Origin: Treponemataceae bacterium
GTDB lineage: Bacteria; Spirochaetota; Spirochaetia; Treponematales; Rectinemataceae
DNA length: 64,000 nt
Direction of reading: 5' to 3'
Assembly (NCBI GenBank): GCA_963678065.2
Contig: CAXXVZ010000005.1
Span: 512,001 to 576,000, forward strand
Part shown: positions 61,241 through 64,000 of the stretch, piece after piece
Numbering within the stretch: the first letter of the stretch is position 1
Layout: every line of letters begins with the position of its first letter
Notes under the pieces: generated by a model
Seen by the model: the letters and a program-made list of their open reading frames with translations, nothing else
Told to the model about the DNA's origin: nothing
The model's database searches: none
Translations under genes and position numbers: made by a program

Positions 61241-62035
61241 ATGGCCCGAAAAGACACAGGCGGCAACGAACTACTCGCCCAGGAACGCAGACGGAAGATA
61301 CTCGAACTCCTGCAGGAAGAGGGAAGCGCGCGGGTGCGCAAGCTCAGCGCCCTCTTCAAGGTCTCGGAGCCGACGATACGGCAGGATCTGGAGAAGCTCG
61401 ACCAGGAAGGCTTCGTGACCCGCGAGCATGGAGGGGCCTTTCTCCGCACCGTGTCGCAGCAGGTGGGCTCCCAGTCCCTCCAGCACAACGACAATCTCGA
61501 CCGGAAGCTCCTCATCGCGCGCCGGGCCGCGGCCCTCGTGCGGCCCGGAGACCGGATCATCCTCGACTCCGGCTCGACCATAACGGAACTCGCCAAGTGC
61601 CTCAAGGATACTCCCGACCTGACCGTCATCACCAACGCCCTCAACATCGCCCTCATCATGGGCACCAACCCCAGCTGCAAGCTCATGGTCACGGGAGGCG
61701 AGTTCAAGGCCCCCACCCTCTCCCTCACCGGCGAAAAAGCCGCCCTGTTCTTCCGCAACATCTATGTCGACAAGCTCTTCCTGGCCACCGGAGGAATTTC
61801 CCCCAGCCTCGAACTGACCTACCCGGGATTCTCGGACCTCGTCGTCAAACAGGCCATGATCGACGTCTCGCGGGAGACGACGGTCCTCGCCGACTCGACA
61901 AAATTCGGCAAGGCCTCTCTCGCCTCTCTCGGCTCGATGGGCTTCGCGACTCGTATCATCACGGACGAGGGCATTCCGGAGGAAATTCGCGCGAAGATCA
62001 AGGATCTGGGCGTGGAAGTCATGATCGCTTCCTGA
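61241..62035 (+). CDS. DeoR/GlpR-family regulator
   Basis: ERRRKI...VSEPTIRQDL..L, R.HGGA, LDSGST, VITN and LADSTKFG motifs. Confidence 0.93.
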   Translation: MARKDTGGNELLAQERRRKILELLQEEGSARVRKLSALFKVSEPTIRQDLEKLDQEGFVTREHGGAFLRTVSQQVGSQSLQHNDNLDRKLLIARRAAALVRPGDRIILDSGSTITELAKCLKDTPDLTVITNALNIALIMGTNPSCKLMVTGGEFKAPTLSLTGEKAALFFRNIYVDKLFLATGGISPSLELTYPGFSDLVVKQAMIDVSRETTVLADSTKFGKASLASLGSMGFATRIITDEGIPEEIRAKIKDLGVEVMIAS

Positions 62036-62070
62036 TACTTTCTATTACTTTCGAATTTTTTCTTTTTATT

Positions 62071-62100
62071 TTGACATTTTCCTCGAATCCAGTATACAAT
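62071..62100 (+). promoter_or_regulatory. Sigma70-type promoter for transketolase pair 2
   Basis: TTGACA, 18-bp spacer, TACAAT, preceded by an AT-rich tract with 10-bp-periodic TTTC repeats. Confidence 0.7.
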
Positions 62101-62214
62101 CCTCATGACCGTCCCGAGGCTATCATTCCGCGGGGCGGGCCGGGCAAAGCGGTGCATGCGTCGGGAACGACCTCCGTGCCACGCTGCCGGGAATACACGA
62201 TGAGGGAGGACCGG

Positions 62215-63063
62215 GTGAACGAAAACATACCCCTGTCCCGAACGGCGGCAGAAATACGAAAAAACATCGTCCGCATGGTCACGCGGGCAGGTGGCGGACA
62301 CATCGGCGGCTCCCTGTCCTCCGTGGACATCCTGACCGCGCTCTTCTTCCACTCCATGCGCCACGATCCTGCGAATCCGCGCGCTCCTGACAGGGACAAA
62401 TTCATCCTGAGCAAGGGTCACAGTGTCGAAGCCTACTACTGCGCCCTCGCGCGCTCGGGCTACTTCCCCGAAGCCAGGCTCCTCGACTACGGCGTCTTCG
62501 GCAGCGAACTCTACGGCCATCCTACGAAAAAGATCCCCGGCATCGAAATGCCGACCGGGGCCCTCGGCCACGGACTCTCCGTCGGGGTCGGCATCGCCAT
62601 CGGGGACAAACGGGACGGGAGGGATTGCAGGAGCTTCGTCCTCATGGGCGACGGGGAGCTCGCCGAGGGCTCGGTCTGGGAGGCAGCCATGGCCGGGGCC
62701 CACTACGGCCTCGACAACCTCGTCGCCATCATCGACTACAACAAATTGCAGATATCGGGCCAGGTGGACAGGGTCATGAGAAGCTCCGATCTCGGCGAAA
62801 AATGGCGGAGTTTCGGATGGGATGTCATCGAGACGGAGGGCAATAACCCCGATTCCCTCGCGCGGGTCTTCGATTCCCTGAAACCGGCCGGCGGCATGCC
62901 CCGCGTCGTCATAGCCCACACGACCAAGGGCAAAGGAGTATCCTTCATGGAGAATCTGGCAGTCTGGCACCATAAATCGACGAGTGAGGACGAATGCGAC
63001 CGGGCCATCGCCGAGATCGACGAGGCCATCGCCCGGTCCGAAAACTGTGGAGCGGGATCATGA
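62215..63063 (+). CDS. Split transketolase N-terminal subunit (pair 2; AptA-like candidate)
   Basis: GHIGGSLS, ILSKGHSVEA, TGALGHG, GDGELAEGSVWE and WHH motifs; GGGAGG before the GTG. Confidence 0.9.
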   Translation: MNENIPLSRTAAEIRKNIVRMVTRAGGGHIGGSLSSVDILTALFFHSMRHDPANPRAPDRDKFILSKGHSVEAYYCALARSGYFPEARLLDYGVFGSELYGHPTKKIPGIEMPTGALGHGLSVGVGIAIGDKRDGRDCRSFVLMGDGELAEGSVWEAAMAGAHYGLDNLVAIIDYNKLQISGQVDRVMRSSDLGEKWRSFGWDVIETEGNNPDSLARVFDSLKPAGGMPRVVIAHTTKGKGVSFMENLAVWHHKSTSEDECDRAIAEIDEAIARSENCGAGS

Positions 63064-64000
63064 GTTCCAGCGGTTTCAGCAACAGACACGCCTTCAGCCG
63101 CACTCTTCTGGAGGAAGCCCGGGCCAATCCCGCCATCTACGCGGTCACCTCGGACGCGCGGAACTCGGTCACCATCCAGGATTTCGCGACGGCTCTTCCC
63201 GGACAGTTCGTCGAGGTGGGCATCGCGGAACAGGACGCCGTGGGCATCGCGGCCGGACTCGCCATCGTCGGGAAGCGGGTCTTCGTCTGCGGCCCCGCCT
63301 CATTTTATTCGGCGCGCAGCCTCGAGCAGGTCAAAAACGATGTCGCCTACGCTGGCTCCGACGTCAAGGTCATAGGCGTATCCGGCGGCGTCAGCTACGG
63401 CGCCCTCGGAGGAACCCACCACTCGCTGCACGATCTGGCCGTCATGCGCACTTTTCCGGGCCTGCGCGTCTTCCTGCCCTGCGACGCCTACCAGACGGCG
63501 GCCATAACCCGGCTCATGGCTTCTAATCCCTGGCCCTGCTACATGCGTACAGGCAGGGATCCTTCGGCGGAGGTCTACCCAGCCGGATGGAAAGGGAGCT
63601 TCGAGGCGGGCGCGGCCGTGATGCTCAGGGATGGGGCTGACGGCGCCATCGTGGCGGCGGGAGAGACGGTCCAGAGCGCTCTCGGCGCGGCCGATATCCT
63701 CGCTTCGCGCGGAATCGGTGTCAGGGTTCTCGACTGCTGGTCCATCAAACCCTTCGACAGGGGGGCCATAGAAGCGGCGGCCAGAGAGACCGGCCTCATC
63801 GTCACGGTGGAGGAGCACAGCGTTTTCGGCGGTCTCGGTGCCGCGGTGGCCGAGGCTGTGGTACAATCCACTCCCGTGCCGGTAAAAATCATCGGCTTCC
63901 CGGACGAGTGGGCCCCTGCCGGGAACGCCCGCGAACTCTTCGACTATTACGGTCTGTCCGCGGGCAAACTGGCGGAGAGCGTGGAATCCGCAATTCGTGA
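63060..64000 (+). CDS. Split transketolase C-terminal subunit (pair 2); runs off the window end
   Basis: ATGA overlap at 63060. My translation gives VTSDAR, EVGIAEQ, ARSLEQVKNDVAY, GVSYGALGGTHHS, SIKPFD and EEHS..GGLG. Not in the ORF track because there is no stop in the window. Confidence 0.9.
   Translation, partial: MSSSGFSNRHAFSRTLLEEARANPAIYAVTSDARNSVTIQDFATALPGQFVEVGIAEQDAVGIAAGLAIVGKRVFVCGPASFYSARSLEQVKNDVAYAGSDVKVIGVSGGVSYGALGGTHHSLHDLAVMRTFPGLRVFLPCDAYQTAAITRLMASNPWPCYMRTGRDPSAEVYPAGWKGSFEAGAAVMLRDGADGAIVAAGETVQSALGAADILASRGIGVRVLDCWSIKPFDRGAIEAAARETGLIVTVEEHSVFGGLGAAVAEAVVQSTPVPVKIIGFPDEWAPAGNARELFDYYGLSAGKLAESVESAIR

Noticed and set aside
63998..64000. TGA at the window end as the stop of the last transketolase gene
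   Set aside because: It is out of frame with the ATG at 63060, so the gene continues beyond the window.

Overview
GC-rich bacterial chromosomal window. It is probably from a free-living anaerobic spirochaete (Treponema/Rectinema-like), inferred from the lipoprotein and OppA styles and not proven. From left to right it contains: the end of a GH78 rhamnosidase and several housekeeping genes; a sigma54-driven iorAB-ptb-Mpv17-buk-hisC-B3/B4 operon that looks like aromatic or branched 2-oxoacid fermentation; a peptide-type ABC importer with hydrolases and a PLP aldolase; a sigma54 activator and a radical SAM gene; an AAA/DUF4143 gene bounded by a 30-bp direct repeat; an oppABCDF operon; surface lipoproteins including an M30-like metalloprotease; sbcDC; a defence island (type I R-M hsdR-hsdS-prrC-HEPN-MNT-hsdM plus a decayed mrr); and a sugar locus with an ABC importer, GH78, a GH127 with Gln at the acid/base position, a one-cysteine racemase-fold protein, FadR and DeoR regulators and two different split transketolases. 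The best candidates for new biology are (1) the sugar locus as a route for the rhamnogalacturonan-II branched sugars aceric acid and apiose, and (2) the R-M operon carrying two translationally coupled HEPN RNases. I saw no rRNA, tRNA, CRISPR array, integrase or transposase. All calls are by eye from motifs; no database search was run.
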